Of a stretch of DNA of 64,000 bases, positions 37,107 through 45,969 are shown piece by piece. A program made the translations under genes and the position numbers. The notes below the pieces were generated by a model that worked only from the letters and a program-made list of their open reading frames with translations, ran no database searches and had not been told where the DNA came from. Positions within the stretch are counted from its first letter, which is position 1; the number at the start of each line of letters is the position of its first letter. The DNA comes from Gemmatimonadales bacterium (GTDB lineage: Bacteria; Gemmatimonadota; Gemmatimonadetes; Gemmatimonadales; GWC2-71-9), in NCBI GenBank assembly GCA_046757925.1, contig JBHHZE010000009.1:6095-70094 (forward strand). Reading direction: 5' to 3'.

Positions 37107-37122
37107 TGGCGCAACTCTTGCT
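37107..37122 (+). promoter_or_regulatory. Sigma-54 (-24/-12) promoter candidate for the minor-pilin operon
   Basis: TGGCGC-AACTC-TTGCT compared with the consensus TGGCAC-N5-TTGCW. GG (37108-37109) and GC (37120-37121) are separated by exactly 10 nt. It lies 38 nt upstream of the ATG at 37159. Confidence 0.55.
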
Positions 37123-37158
37123 GCCCTAGCTGATCTGGAGACAACCGGATTACGGCAC

Positions 37159-37614
37159 ATGCACATGCACAAGAATCTCTCAGGGTTTACGCTCATCGAG
37201 CTCGCCATCGTGCTTGCCGTTTCGGGTATCCTCACGTCCATTGCCATCATCAAAGTTGGGCCCTCCCTCGAGCGGGCACGAGTACGGCGCTCGGCTAACT
37301 TGATCGTAGCGGATCTGCAATACGCACAGATGATAGCCGCCCGCCAAGGCAAGCCGGTGGTGATCATCACGAGCGAGCCTCTCAAGAGCTATATCATTCG
37401 AAACGCGGCAGACACGACTATCTTTAGAGAGCGATATTTCGGCGATGATACTCCCTTCGAACTCAAGAAGCTCAAGGCAGATCCCAAGAACTTCTTGGTT
37501 TTTCCGAACGGTGTGGTGAAGAAGAACTCGAAGTTCAAAGTGGAGGTGAATAAGTACAAGTGGGAGGTCAAGCTCACCCGTGCCGGACAGATACGCCTCA
37601 AAAAGAAGAACTAG
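37159..37614 (+). CDS. Type IV minor pilin, GspH/FimT-like
   Basis: MHMHKNLSG|FTLIELAIVLAVSGIL is a prepilin leader with G-1, F+1 and E+5. It is followed by ...ANLIVADLQYAQMIAARQGKPVVI, which is GspH/FimT-like. Confidence 0.75.
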   Translation: MHMHKNLSGFTLIELAIVLAVSGILTSIAIIKVGPSLERARVRRSANLIVADLQYAQMIAARQGKPVVIITSEPLKSYIIRNAADTTIFRERYFGDDTPFELKKLKADPKNFLVFPNGVVKKNSKFKVEVNKYKWEVKLTRAGQIRLKKKN

Positions 37615-38011
37615 GCTCGGGAGCGCTAAGGGCGTATCTCTGATCGAGGTCATGCTCGCGCTCAGCATTCTGAGCGTTGTGCTGTTGGCGATGGATGGCC
37701 TGATGTTCCAAGTAGCGCGCTATACTCGCCAGGCCGCCGCGATATCGTATCGCAGCGCCGCTATGGAATCGGCGGCTGCTTGGGTGCATGGCCTTCCGTG
37801 GGACAGCATACCTTCTTCGGTTGGCTGTACCGACAGCCTATACACGGGTTCCCTGCAATACACGCGATGCCTCGAACTCGTCACGGATACGCCCCGTTAC
37901 CGCATGACGCGCGTCATCGTTAGCCCAACCGGCGCCCTCCAGTCTAGTGCGGACACCGTTTCGGTAGAGCGAACCAAGACGAGATCACCGTCGCCTTTCA
38001 GCCTCAATTGA
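37580..38011 (+). CDS. Type IV minor pilin, PilV-like
   Basis: ...SAKG|VSLIEVMLALSILSVVLLAM is a prepilin-type N-terminal methylation motif with E+5. The start is uncertain (GTG at 37580 overlaps the upstream gene). Confidence 0.6.
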   Translation: MPDRYASKRRTRLGSAKGVSLIEVMLALSILSVVLLAMDGLMFQVARYTRQAAAISYRSAAMESAAAWVHGLPWDSIPSSVGCTDSLYTGSLQYTRCLELVTDTPRYRMTRVIVSPTGALQSSADTVSVERTKTRSPSPFSLN

Positions 38012-38823
38012 CTAAGCGCGGATTCACTCTGATCGAGCTCCTCATTGCGGCACTCGTCGCGGGAATCCTGGTCACAGTGCTCACCCGCATTCTCCTGAGT
38101 GACTCTCGTTTCGTGAGCCGCCAGGATGCCATGATGTCCGCACGTCAGACCGCTCGGGCTGCCCTCAACGTGACCGCCGTGGAGCTGCGTATGGTGTCAT
38201 CTGGGGGACTCATTGCGGCTGCACCGGATAGTATCTTGGTACGCGTGCCATATGCGTTCGGAATGTCCTGCGGTACGTCGGCGGGTTTGACGGTTGGCTC
38301 CATGATGCCTACCGATTCCATGATGTACGCCAATGCCACGCCCGCCGGAATGGCACGCCTTCAGCCCGACAACACCTACTCATTCTTACCGGCCATCACC
38401 GCTGCGAGTTCAACCGACGTCGCAGCCTGTACCGCACAGAACGTGAATATCATACCATCGGGATTTCTGGTGGGTATCACACCGCCCAACGCAGCCACAG
38501 CAGGAACTATCTTCTATCTATATGACAACGTGGCATATCGCTTCATGCCCTCGGCCGATCTTCCCGGCCGGATCGGCCTGTGGCGGCGCTCGGGTACCGC
38601 ATCCTACTCAGAGCTCGTTGCGCCTTTCGATTCTACTGCCCGGTTCCGCTTTCTAGTCGGACCGAGTCTCCAGGTGAACGATAATCCTCCCGCCGACCTC
38701 ACAACCGTCAACGGGCTGGAACTCAAGTTTGTATCAGCCAGCAGTTCGCCACCGCAAGGGGAATCTGCCTACCAGAATTTCGACCTACCGGTTCAAGTCG
38801 TGTTCTTTAACAAGTCCAATTGA
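38008..38823 (+). CDS. Type IV minor pilin, PilW-like
   Basis: MTKRG|FTLIELLIAALVAGILVTVL is a prepilin motif. The 271-aa size is typical of PilW. Confidence 0.7.
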   Translation: MTKRGFTLIELLIAALVAGILVTVLTRILLSDSRFVSRQDAMMSARQTARAALNVTAVELRMVSSGGLIAAAPDSILVRVPYAFGMSCGTSAGLTVGSMMPTDSMMYANATPAGMARLQPDNTYSFLPAITAASSTDVAACTAQNVNIIPSGFLVGITPPNAATAGTIFYLYDNVAYRFMPSADLPGRIGLWRRSGTASYSELVAPFDSTARFRFLVGPSLQVNDNPPADLTTVNGLELKFVSASSSPPQGESAYQNFDLPVQVVFFNKSN

Positions 38824-38826
38824 CCG

Positions 38827-39879
38827 ATGACTGCACGCGATCAACGAGGCTTCGCCCTCCCATTGACCATACTGATGCTGACCGTGGTCACCGTCCTGTT
38901 GGCCTCCGCGTTCGTGCGGGCACGTGCGGAGCACCAGGTAGCTCGCAGCAACAGTTCTACGGTCGATGCACTGGCGGTGGCGCAGAGTGGACTACAGCGA
39001 TTCCTCGCGTATTACGACTCTTTGAACACACGGCCAGGCGATGGAGACTCGCTACGGATAAACGTACCGGACGGATACGCGGACGTAGTGACCCGTGTCG
39101 TACGCAGTCCGGCAGATACGATGGAGCCCGAGATACACATCGTTCGCTCGACCGGTCATGTGATCATGCCGACGACTGGTGCGGAACCCCAGGCCGAGCG
39201 TACGATTGCCCAGTTCGCGCAATGGCAGAGCGCTGGCATGAAGGTCACGGGCGGCTTGACCACCGCGAACGGTTTGAACATCACCGCTGGCAATGTGGTA
39301 GTGGTAGGCGTTGACCAGTGTGGCGCGGCTCCGAGCGTGGCTGGCCTCAGAGTGACGTCATCGAACTCCCCGTCTGCGGGGGATTTTGGCATAATAAACG
39401 GGTCGCCACCGATCGATGCCGCGGGAGGTGGCTCAGCCGTTGCCGACGACACCGGCATCAATTGGGCTGGAATCGTTGCTGGCCAATTCGAAGCGGATTA
39501 CAGCACGGTCAGGCTATGGGACGGAACATATCCGTCCATGCTCATAACAGGAGATCTGATTCTCAATGACGCCGGTGGCTACGGTCTTCTGATCGTGACC
39601 GGCGATCTTACGCTAACCGGAACTTTTTTCTCGTGGCGGGGAGTCGTGCTGGTGGGCGGCGAACTAACCGCCAACACATGGTTCACCATAGTCCGGGGAA
39701 CCACGGTCACGGGCCTCAACGAAGCGCTGGGCATGAATCCGCCCGTTGGGCAGCTGGGTGGTGGATCCGGTGCCCATTACTTCGAATACTTTGATTGTGA
39801 GATCAAGAACGCACTCGGATCGCTCATCGGATTCGTGCCTATCGAAAACGCTTGGTTTGACAACTGGGCCACGTATTGA
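38827..39879 (+). CDS. PilX-like pilus assembly protein
   Basis: MTARDQRGFALPLTILMLTVVTVLLAS is a PilX_N-type N-terminus lacking E+5. The C-terminal region is Gly/Thr-rich and repetitive (GDLILNDAGGYGLLIVTGDLTLTG...). Confidence 0.6.
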   Translation: MTARDQRGFALPLTILMLTVVTVLLASAFVRARAEHQVARSNSSTVDALAVAQSGLQRFLAYYDSLNTRPGDGDSLRINVPDGYADVVTRVVRSPADTMEPEIHIVRSTGHVIMPTTGAEPQAERTIAQFAQWQSAGMKVTGGLTTANGLNITAGNVVVVGVDQCGAAPSVAGLRVTSSNSPSAGDFGIINGSPPIDAAGGGSAVADDTGINWAGIVAGQFEADYSTVRLWDGTYPSMLITGDLILNDAGGYGLLIVTGDLTLTGTFFSWRGVVLVGGELTANTWFTIVRGTTVTGLNEALGMNPPVGQLGGGSGAHYFEYFDCEIKNALGSLIGFVPIENAWFDNWATY

Positions 39880-39898
39880 TCCTCAAGGTGCCCGCCAA

Positions 39899-40516
39899 GT
39901 GAACCGCCCCGCAGGTGTCGCCGGTATCATAACCGTAACAATCATGCTGGCGTGCACACATCGAGATCCGTACGCGATCGGTGAACTTCGCGGCACGCAG
40001 TTGGATAGCGCACTCCCAAAGCCCGACTTTTCCCTTACAGCCACTTCCGGGCAATCATACGAGTTCGCACCAGAGACCCACGGTCATTTGACTTTATTGC
40101 TGTTCGGTTACACCAATTGCCCCGACGTATGCCCGATACACATGGCCAACCTCGCAGCTGTCGTCCACCAGCTCCCGCCAGACATAGCGAACCAAATAAA
40201 GGTGGTGATGGTCAGCACGGACCCCGAACGAGATAGTTTGCACGTCCTGCGCAAGTGGCTCGACAAATTCGACCATAAGTTCGTGGGGTTGAGAGGTAGC
40301 CTCGATGAGGTAAACACGATCCAGCGCGGCCTGGGATTGCCCCCCTCGGTCAGATTGAGTACCCAGACAGATTATGATGTGGGACATGCCGCACAGGTCA
40401 TAGCCTTCACAAGAGACGACAGTGCACACGTAGTGTATCCGTTCGGGACGCGCCAGAGCGACTGGGCGCACGATCTACCACTTCTCTTGCGGTCCTTTGG
40501 CGCAACGCAGCCATGA
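39899..40516 (+). CDS. SCO1/SenC-family copper chaperone (lipoprotein)
   Basis: LLFGYTNCPDVCP is the CxxxC copper site in a thioredoxin fold. The probable lipobox is ...VTIMLAC, reading from the GTG at 39899. The ORF is open from 39746. Confidence 0.8.
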   Translation: MNRPAGVAGIITVTIMLACTHRDPYAIGELRGTQLDSALPKPDFSLTATSGQSYEFAPETHGHLTLLLFGYTNCPDVCPIHMANLAAVVHQLPPDIANQIKVVMVSTDPERDSLHVLRKWLDKFDHKFVGLRGSLDEVNTIQRGLGLPPSVRLSTQTDYDVGHAAQVIAFTRDDSAHVVYPFGTRQSDWAHDLPLLLRSFGATQP

Positions 40517-41358
40517 CGTGGTGGTGCTCGGCCCAGGGAGGAGCATGGAGTTGGACATGGCAACCATACATCGGCGTTTGGCTCCTTGCGCTTACACTGA
40601 TCATCGCCCGGCTGACCGCACCTCGAATATGGGCTCCGGACCGCCGCCGGTCAGACAAACTGCAGCTCTACATACTCGGAGTTCTCGTGCTGTGGCTGGG
40701 AGCGGACTGGCCAATCGGCCCCCTCGGGGCCGGCTACCTCCTGAGCGTCCACACTGTCCAATACCTACTGTTTACGTTCGTCGCTCCTCCATTGCTGATC
40801 GCGGGCACACCTCCCTGGATGCTGCGGCGGTTGCTGCGACCGCAATGGGCGCTCCGCTCTGCACGTACCGTGGGAAAGCCTATCATAGCATTCGGGATAT
40901 TCAATACCGTTCTCCTCGCAACTCACCTGCCCGCCGTTGTTGACGGGCTCACGGTATCCCAGATTGGATCGTTCGCAATTGACATGTCCTGGCTCCTGTC
41001 AGGCTTGATCTTTTGGTGGCCGGTGCTAGGACCGCTGCCGGAACTCGAGCCGCTGAGTTATCCCGGGCGGATCGTGTACTTGATCATGAACGTCTTCATC
41101 CCCACGGTACCCGCCGCGTTCCTGACGTTCGCACACTACCCCATTTACGGACTCTACGAACTGGCCGCGCCCGTTGGTAATATCTCGACCGCACACGACC
41201 AGCAGATTGCAGGGATAATAATGAAAGTCGTGGGCGGATTCATCATCTTCGGAACGGCATCCGTGATATTCTTCAAGTGGAGCGGGTCCGAGGAAGATTC
41301 CCTCGGCGTACTCGAGGCCGCCGATTCATCACCCGCGGGGTCTGCAACTAGGGGCTAA
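40513..41358 (+). CDS. ctaG: Cytochrome c oxidase assembly factor CtaG (caa3 type)
   Basis: 281 aa and polytopic. It begins ...WSWTWQPYIGVWLLAL and contains ...VHTVQYLLFTFVAPPLLIAGTPPWM..., typical of Caa3_CtaG. It overlaps the SCO gene stop. Confidence 0.75.
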   Translation: MTWWCSAQGGAWSWTWQPYIGVWLLALTLIIARLTAPRIWAPDRRRSDKLQLYILGVLVLWLGADWPIGPLGAGYLLSVHTVQYLLFTFVAPPLLIAGTPPWMLRRLLRPQWALRSARTVGKPIIAFGIFNTVLLATHLPAVVDGLTVSQIGSFAIDMSWLLSGLIFWWPVLGPLPELEPLSYPGRIVYLIMNVFIPTVPAAFLTFAHYPIYGLYELAAPVGNISTAHDQQIAGIIMKVVGGFIIFGTASVIFFKWSGSEEDSLGVLEAADSSPAGSATRG

Positions 41359-43430
41359 CGGGAAACCGTGCGGGCTACCCGATAGAGCCAAATCGAGAAG
41401 AACGCGAACGCCGCAATCCCCAGCATATTCGCGATACGATCGAACCCCTCGGGCGCGAACGCTAGAACGTCCGTGCTCTGGGCGGCGGCAAAAGGCACGG
41501 CCAGCGCTATCCCAACCAGAGCCTCGCCGGTTATCAACCCCGAAGCGAACAACAACCCATTTCGGCCCGCGACCGCTGCATCTGTGAGAGATGTTCCTCG
41601 ACTCCGAAGTGCGCGTCCGGCCAGCGCGGCAATGACCCCGCCCACGAAGATCGGCACTGACAACTCGATCGGCAGGTAGATCCCGACAGCAACGGCGAGA
41701 ACCGGAGTGCGAAAGTTGCTCTTCCGGGCCTCGAGGATCTTGTCCAACACGATGATGGCCACGGCTATACCGGCACCCAGCCAGACCATCGTCCACGGCA
41801 GATGCCGCGTCAGGACGCCGTCGGCCACGGAACTCATAAGGGTCGCCTGCGGTGCCTTCAGCGCCTCCGAAGCGTCCATCCCGGCCCTGGGCAGAACGTC
41901 ACCCAAACCGTAGGCCGAAAACAATAGCTGGAGCACCGGTGCAATCACTATGGCTCCCGCCACGACACCCACGATCTGCATTATCTGCTGCTTGTAGGGA
42001 GTTGCACCCACGAGACGCCCGGCCTTCAAGTCCTGCATATTGTCGCCGGCTATTGCCGCGGCACAGCATACTACACCTCCAACCAGGATCGCCGTAGCGG
42101 CCGCTGCGGTAGCTTGGCTGCGGTCCACCGCAAAATCTATTTGGCCACCCAGCAACCACAGTAGGATCAGGGAGATACTGAGGATCGTGGCAATGGTTAC
42201 ACCGGATATCGGATTGTTGGAGGATCCCACAAGGCCGGCCATATAGCCTGCCACCGAAGAGAAGAGGAATCCCGCAAACAGTGCGAACAGAACGCCGAAT
42301 ACAACCGTACTACCGTACAATCCCGTCGAAATCCCCAATACATCCTGCTTCACGACAAATAAGAACACTACGAATATCGGAATCGCGAGTGCTATTGTGC
42401 CCGTGATAACGATGTTGATAGGTGTATCTCGTTCGGTACGCGGGATCGCGACAGCTTGTCCCGACCGCGATGCGCGCACCGCATCTAGAGAGGACCGGAT
42501 GCCATCGCGGATCGGCTTTATGAGCGACAGAAGAGCCCAGAGACCTCCCGTAGCCATCGCACCAACACCAAGATAGCGGATCCTGGCACTCCACAGCTGT
42601 TCAGCCAGTTCGTACCCATGAGCGTCGCCGGCTATTGCGTGAACGTCCGCAGGAGTTGCAAATGCCGTGTAGAGGGGTATCCCGAAGAGCCACGAAATGA
42701 GGCCACCGGCGAAGACCAGAACCGCTATGTTGAGTCCGACAATGTAGCCCACGGCGAGAAGAGCCACTCCCAAGTCACTTCCGAAGCCGAATACCGATCT
42801 GCCGACGGTCACGGCACCGGTCGCACTTCCGGCGGCGATCTTGAATCCGGTTTGACACAGCTTCAGTATCGCGCCGGTAACACCGGCCATGGCGATCATG
42901 CGGGCGCCGCGGCCCCCCTCCGATCCCGCCTTGAGCACCTCACCCGTCGCCACGCCTTCCGGAAACTGAAGTTTGGCCTCTACGATCAGAGCGCGCCGCA
43001 GCGGGATCGTGAACAGGACCCCCAAAACACCACCTGAAAGAGCGATGGCAAACGTCGGCAGGAACTTGAACCCCTCCCAATACTGCAGCATGATGAGCGC
43101 TGGAATCGTGAAGATCACCCCCGCCGCCAATGACTCACCTGCGGAGGCCGCCGTTTGGACGATATTGTTCTCCAGGATATTCGAGTCTTTGAACAACTTG
43201 AGAACGGCCATGGAGATGACGGCCGCCGGTATGGACGCCGAGACCGTGAGCCCTACCTTGAGGCCGAGATACGCGTTGGCACCGGCCAACATGGCAGACA
43301 GCACAACTCCAAGAACTACCGCCTTTGCCGTTATCTCTGGCAGAGTTTGGGAGGCCGGAATATACGACGTCTCGGCACCAACCCCCGCTCCAGACGCTCC
43401 GGGCTCCACTGCTGACTCTGGGGATTCCAT
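41355..43430 (-). CDS. OPT-family oligopeptide transporter
   Basis: 691 aa with about 16 TM helices. The N-terminus ...LPEITAKAVVLGVVLSAMLAGANAYLGLKVGLTVSASIPAAVISMAV is characteristic of bacterial OPT transporters. Confidence 0.85.
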   Translation of the reverse strand: MESPESAVEPGASGAGVGAETSYIPASQTLPEITAKAVVLGVVLSAMLAGANAYLGLKVGLTVSASIPAAVISMAVLKLFKDSNILENNIVQTAASAGESLAAGVIFTIPALIMLQYWEGFKFLPTFAIALSGGVLGVLFTIPLRRALIVEAKLQFPEGVATGEVLKAGSEGGRGARMIAMAGVTGAILKLCQTGFKIAAGSATGAVTVGRSVFGFGSDLGVALLAVGYIVGLNIAVLVFAGGLISWLFGIPLYTAFATPADVHAIAGDAHGYELAEQLWSARIRYLGVGAMATGGLWALLSLIKPIRDGIRSSLDAVRASRSGQAVAIPRTERDTPINIVITGTIALAIPIFVVFLFVVKQDVLGISTGLYGSTVVFGVLFALFAGFLFSSVAGYMAGLVGSSNNPISGVTIATILSISLILLWLLGGQIDFAVDRSQATAAAATAILVGGVVCCAAAIAGDNMQDLKAGRLVGATPYKQQIMQIVGVVAGAIVIAPVLQLLFSAYGLGDVLPRAGMDASEALKAPQATLMSSVADGVLTRHLPWTMVWLGAGIAVAIIVLDKILEARKSNFRTPVLAVAVGIYLPIELSVPIFVGGVIAALAGRALRSRGTSLTDAAVAGRNGLLFASGLITGEALVGIALAVPFAAAQSTDVLAFAPEGFDRIANMLGIAAFAFFSIWLYRVARTVSR

Positions 43431-43565
43431 TTCAGCTCCTTAGGCTGCGGAGAACATTGTCGGAAAATCGGCGGCGTGGCAGCCAACCCTACGGGGTCAC
43501 ACTTGCACTGTCAAGCGCAGGTGATAAGCTTCCCGCACCGGGGGATGAGCCGCATGGTGGCGGTT

Positions 43566-43793
43566 TCAGTGCGCCCGCGCCCGTTCCAGCAGCCGCAGCA
43601 GCGCTACCTCGTCGAGTTCGCCGAGGTCTGCCACTCCGGAGGGCAGCGCAGCGTAGCGCCGTACCGAACGGCTATCGACTGACGAGAACTGAACGACGGG
43701 ACGGTGCACTTTGGGGCTCAGGTAATCCGAGGTACGACCATGACTCACGAGTTCTACCCGCCAGGCACGTCCGTTCCGATCTCTGAAATGCAT
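43566..43793 (-). CDS. Small hypothetical protein (75 aa)
   Basis: MHFRDRNGRAWRVELV...LPSGVADLGELDEVALLRLLERARAH. This is the trimmed 3' part of a 176-aa ORF whose 5' part overlaps the M42 peptidase gene on the other strand. Confidence 0.35.
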   Translation of the reverse strand: MHFRDRNGRAWRVELVSHGRTSDYLSPKVHRPVVQFSSVDSRSVRRYAALPSGVADLGELDEVALLRLLERARAH

Positions 43794-43860
43794 GGAGCTA
43801 AGTGGTGCCCCGTTCAGGAGTTGATACTTTGTTGATGCCAGATTCGTATGATAACTCACC

Positions 43861-44928
43861 ATGAACGAAAAATCCCTCGCATTCCTGAAGCGGCTGCTGG
43901 ACACACCTGGTCCCTCGGGGTTTGAGACAGCGCCCGCGCGCGAATGGCGTGAGGAGGCCGGTAAGTTCGCGCACGAGGTCACGGTGGACGTGAGTGGCAA
44001 CTCCACGGCCCAAATCAACCCGACAGGCGATCCCCGGGTGATGTTCGCCGGCCATATCGACGAGATTGGGCTCATGATCATCCACGTCGACGACAAAGGC
44101 TACCTTTATTTCTCGACGATCGGGGGATGGGACCATCAGGTGCTGGTTGGTCAAAGGGTCCTGATCGCCACAAAGCGCGGCCTCGTGAACGGTGTCATCG
44201 GCAAGAAGGCCGTCCACATGCTGGACGAAGACGAGAGAGACGAGGCGTCCAAGGCATCCTCCCTCTGGATCGATATCGGGGCCAAATCTCGCAAAGATGC
44301 GTTGCGGCGCGTCCGGGTAGGGGATGCCGCAGTTCTGGCGGCATCGGCGGTGGAACTCCCCAACAGGCGTCTGGTTTCGCGCAGTATCGACAACCGAATT
44401 GGTGCGTTTGTGGTCCTAGAGGCGTTGCGTCTGCTGGCACCGCGTCCCCCGCGAGCAGCAGTTTTCTCTGTCGCCACCAGTCAGGAAGAAATAGCCTGGA
44501 CCGGAGGTGGGGCGAGAACCAGTGCCACCAGCATAGCTCCCCGGGTGGCGATAGTAGTTGACGTAACGCACGCCACCGATCACCCGAGCGTAGAAAAGAA
44601 GCACCATGGAGATGTCAAGTTGGGTGGTGGCCCCGTGATTTCCCGCGGATCCTCGGTGAATCCACGGGTGGCCGATCTGCTGATCGAGACAGCAGAGAAG
44701 CGAAAAATCCCTTATGCACTGGCCGCCGCCCCGAGCGACACGGGTACAGACGCGGACGCAATATTCTCCGCCCGGAGCGGAATTGCGACCGGCCTGGTAT
44801 CCATTCCCAATCGCTACATGCATAGCCCGAACGAGATGGTCGAGATTGCCGATCTCGAACGGGCAGCTCGGCTGCTTGCTGCCTTCGCCAGAAGCGTCAC
44901 ACCAAGGACGGACTTCACCCCCCGCTGA
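43861..44928 (+). CDS. M42-family metallopeptidase (glutamyl aminopeptidase/FrvX-like)
   Basis: 355 aa with LLDTPGPSGFE, FAGHIDEIGLMI (H-x-D) and SRSIDNRIGAFV, plus conserved C-terminal blocks. Confidence 0.85.
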   Translation: MNEKSLAFLKRLLDTPGPSGFETAPAREWREEAGKFAHEVTVDVSGNSTAQINPTGDPRVMFAGHIDEIGLMIIHVDDKGYLYFSTIGGWDHQVLVGQRVLIATKRGLVNGVIGKKAVHMLDEDERDEASKASSLWIDIGAKSRKDALRRVRVGDAAVLAASAVELPNRRLVSRSIDNRIGAFVVLEALRLLAPRPPRAAVFSVATSQEEIAWTGGGARTSATSIAPRVAIVVDVTHATDHPSVEKKHHGDVKLGGGPVISRGSSVNPRVADLLIETAEKRKIPYALAAAPSDTGTDADAIFSARSGIATGLVSIPNRYMHSPNEMVEIADLERAARLLAAFARSVTPRTDFTPR

Positions 44929-45038
44929 AACACAAGGCACGTTTACATCGGCGGTGGTGCCGCACGAGGGCCTCCCGGGCGCAGGAAAAACCAACGATAT
45001 CCTGTTAAGTTTAGACTCCGTCAAGATGGACAGTCTTC

Positions 45039-45512
45039 GTGCAAGCTACGCGTTACCCCGTTGCAACATTGCTATTCTTGCTGTCGCTGTCTGCTCCGCT
45101 TGCGGCGCAGACGGAGGTCGACAAGATATCAGCCGACATTCGGTATCTGTCCGCCGACACCCGACTGGGACGCGGTGTGGGCACTACCGGACTCGATTCC
45201 GCGGCGTCCTTTGTGGCACGCAGGTTCCGAGAGGTGGGCTCGGACCCGGCGGCACTGACGGTTACTTTCGGCCCTTGCGCATCGACCCGAGTGCACCTTC
45301 TGCCGCACACTCGGGTCTTGCCGGATCTGCCGTCAAGAATGTCAAAGGCAGGCGACATTTTGATAAGACTGGGTGACTATGACATCAAGAACCTGTACTA
45401 CATGACTGATGCCCTGAGATCATACAAGCCATCGGACGTGGTGAGCATCGCTGTGCTGCCAAGCGGGGAGAGACTCTCGTTTACCGCCATTCTGGGGAAA
45501 CGCGGTGGCTAA
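45039..45512 (+). pseudogene. Probable remnant of an M28-PDZ peptidase: N-terminus joined to the C-terminal PDZ, with the catalytic core missing
   Basis: This 157-aa ORF has a signal peptide plus IRYLSADTRLGRGVGTTGLDSAASFVARRFREVG (M28 N-terminal pattern). It then runs directly into a PDZ tail ending AGDILIRLGDYDIKNLYYMTDALRSYKPSDVVSIAVLPSGERLSFTAILGKRGG. The expected continuation (GGTDGYFRPL...) is readable in another frame (the ORF at 44714-45376). Confidence 0.4.
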
Positions 45513-45969
45513 ACCCATTCTCGACCCCAAGCCCATAGTACGCGCTCTTCACGCGGCATTCTGTCGCGACGCGCATCGCAAGGACTTGCTGCGGATGGCG
45601 GCCACCCGGATTCACGAGGCAGGATCTCCGTATTCTGGAGTCTATATGTACATGCTCGCGGACGGCGACACGTTGAGACTCGAGGCCTTCGCGGGAAGGC
45701 CAACCGAACTCGTCGAGATTCCGGTCGGCACGGGCATTTGTGGTCGAGCGGTTGCCGACACCTCCGATATGAACATCGGAGACGTATCGGCCGAAGATGA
45801 CTACCTCGCGTGCAGCGTTGAAACCAAGTCCGAACTGGTCGTTCTCATTCGCCGGAAGGACGAGATTCTCGGACAAATCGACATAGACAGCGACGTCCTG
45901 AACGGATTCAATCCCGCTGAGCAGACGGCAGTGAAGGAAGTTGCGGACGCCCTGGCAGCACTTCTTTGA
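45505..45969 (+). CDS. GAF-domain protein (free methionine-R-sulfoxide reductase-like)
   Basis: 154 aa. The sequence ...YSGVYMYMLADGDTLRLEAFAGRP...IPVGTGICGRAVADTSDMNIGDVSAEDDYLACSVETKSELVVLIR...ILGQIDIDS fits single-domain GAF/fRMsr proteins. Confidence 0.7.
   Translation: MAKPILDPKPIVRALHAAFCRDAHRKDLLRMAATRIHEAGSPYSGVYMYMLADGDTLRLEAFAGRPTELVEIPVGTGICGRAVADTSDMNIGDVSAEDDYLACSVETKSELVVLIRRKDEILGQIDIDSDVLNGFNPAEQTAVKEVADALAALL

Noticed and set aside
43566-44096. The full 176-aa minus-strand ORF.
   Set aside because: Its 5' two-thirds overlap the well-supported M42 peptidase gene (43861-44928) on the opposite strand. Only the 75-aa 3' portion starting at the ATG at 43791-43793 lies in otherwise non-coding space.
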